Below, in pieces: positions 62,808 through 64,000 of a stretch of 64,000 bases of DNA; within the stretch, counting starts at the first letter, position 1, and every line of letters begins with the position of its first letter. Under the pieces are notes generated by a model. The model had not been told where the DNA came from. It did no database searches and saw nothing but the letters and a program-made list of their open reading frames with translations. Made by a program: the position numbers and the translations under genes. This DNA comes from Hemiscyllium ocellatum (Eukaryota): contig NC_083438.1 of assembly GCF_020745735.1 (NCBI RefSeq), positions 32,300,443 to 32,364,442 on the forward strand, given 5' to 3'.

Positions 62808-63105
62808 GATTACTTACAGTGTGGAAACAGGCCCTTCGGCCCAACAAGTCCACACCGACCCGCCGAAGCGCAACCCACCCATACCCCTACATTTACCCCT
62901 AACCTAACACTATGGGCAATTTAGCATGGCCAATTCACCTGACCCGCACATCTTTGGACTGTGGGAGGAAACCGGAGCACCCGGAGGAAACCCACACAGA
63001 CACGGGGAGAACGTGCAAACTCCACACAGTCAGCCGCCCGAGTCGGGAAATGAACCCGGGTTTCAGGCGCTGTGAGACAGCAGTGCTAACCACTGTGCCA
63101 CCGTG
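62808..63105 (-). mobile_element. HE1-like V-SINE, CpG-rich and probably young
   Basis: Full head to GTAAGTAATCTAAT tail with many CpGs retained. Confidence 0.9.
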
Positions 63106-63151
63106 ATACCCTTTCACAGGGGATTACCTTGGGTTGTATTGAGTTGCTCAC

Positions 63152-63196
63152 CATGATCCGCTTCTGGGGTTTCACTTGGGCCTTGGGTTGGACAAA
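63152..63196 (-). CDS. 45-nt stalk exon of the inverted paralog
   Basis: Acceptor after a pyrimidine-rich tract ending ttccag and CATG|gtgagc donor, phase 1-1; xCPTQGPSETPEADH, in frame with the TM exon. Confidence 0.65.
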
Positions 63197-64000
63197 CTGG
63201 AAAACACAACAGTGAAACGTGAAACAGATCCAATGTGTACCTTCCACTCCCCCTCCCTCAGTTCCTCAACCACTGAAACCCTCATCTGTGCCTTTATGAT
63301 TCAGATACTGCAATATTCTCCTGGTCAGCGTGTCACATTGAACCCTCTGTTATCTCTCCATCCGTACTTCCCAGACCTCCCTTCCCCCACACCCCTCCCA
63401 TTGGCTGCCTGATTCTTTCCCCTCAGGATGAGGCTCCAGTGAGTATAATGGATTATAAAAGAGCAAATGTAGTGAGGCTGTGAACCTCCTGTGAGGGTTT
63501 GTAGGTTGGGATGATGTTTGCCCAAACAGTGCTGGAGGAATATGAACACGAGGCTGAGGATTCTAAAAACCAAGTGACATTGCAGAGCCAAAAATCACAT
63601 CAATACATTCTCAGGACCAGATGTACCAGCTCTACATCCCCACAGCAGGGTTTGTATTAACAGGCTAAACCCAGCCATTTCCTGACACACAAGGAAAAAC
63701 AACAGGATTGTTTTAAGTTAAAAACGTTGAGATGTGTCGGGGACAAGCCCAGTGTTTAATGTCCCCCTGGAGAAGGTGGGGCTGACCCACTTCATGACCT
63801 GAGTCAGTGCCGCCTGGTGAGGGTCCTCCCACGGTGCCGTTAGCGAGGGAGTTCCAGCATTTGGACCCAGTGACGATGAAGGAACAGTCGGCCTCTCTCC
63901 GTGTCAGGACGGTGTGCTGGAGACTCAGAGGGGAACAAGTGATCTGACGGGGGTATTGCTCGAGTGGTTTCTCACCACTTGATCCTGGAGTCCTCTATCA

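Noticed and set aside
1623-63105. tRNA genes suggested by A/B-box motifs
   Set aside because: All are heads of HE1-like SINEs continuing into SINE bodies; no cloverleaf with an acceptor stem was seen.

Overview
Eukaryotic, repeat-dense DNA; the SINE/LINE content (HE1-like V-SINEs, CR1, Penelope-like elements) points to a shark (inference). Read by eye, with no searches run; repeat boundaries are approximate. The main genic content is a cluster of paralogous B7/butyrophilin-like single-IgV membrane-protein genes. One + strand model is phase-compatible throughout: leader 25273-25330, IgV-a 27560-27904, stalk 29528-29566, IgV-b 32569-32913, stalk 33051-33089, TM 35006-35111, tail 36502-36661; its leader and IgV-b carry in-frame TGAs. 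An inverted paralog lies at the right end (stalk 63152-63196, TM 61522-61639, tail about 59610-59757). The last exon of a third paralog is at 351-516 and a decayed inverted IgV exon at about 2990-3310. Also present: exon 1 of a GPR139/142-like GPCR (48368-48437), an orphan signal-peptide exon (41575-41626, -), a CpG-island promoter (14.3-14.6 kb) and a candidate NF-kB/AP-1/IRF promoter (24.0-24.2 kb). Mobile DNA includes a Gmr1-type Gypsy element with integrase before RT, an L1-clade LINE, many CR1 fragments and SINEs, three Penelope-like families whose 3' ends carry minimal hammerhead ribozyme motifs, and short fold-back insertions of those ends with 13-16 bp target-site duplications. A degenerate interstitial TTAGGG array with a repeated ~60-bp spacer (49.95-50.95 kb) is bracketed by two inward-pointing Penelope 3' ends.
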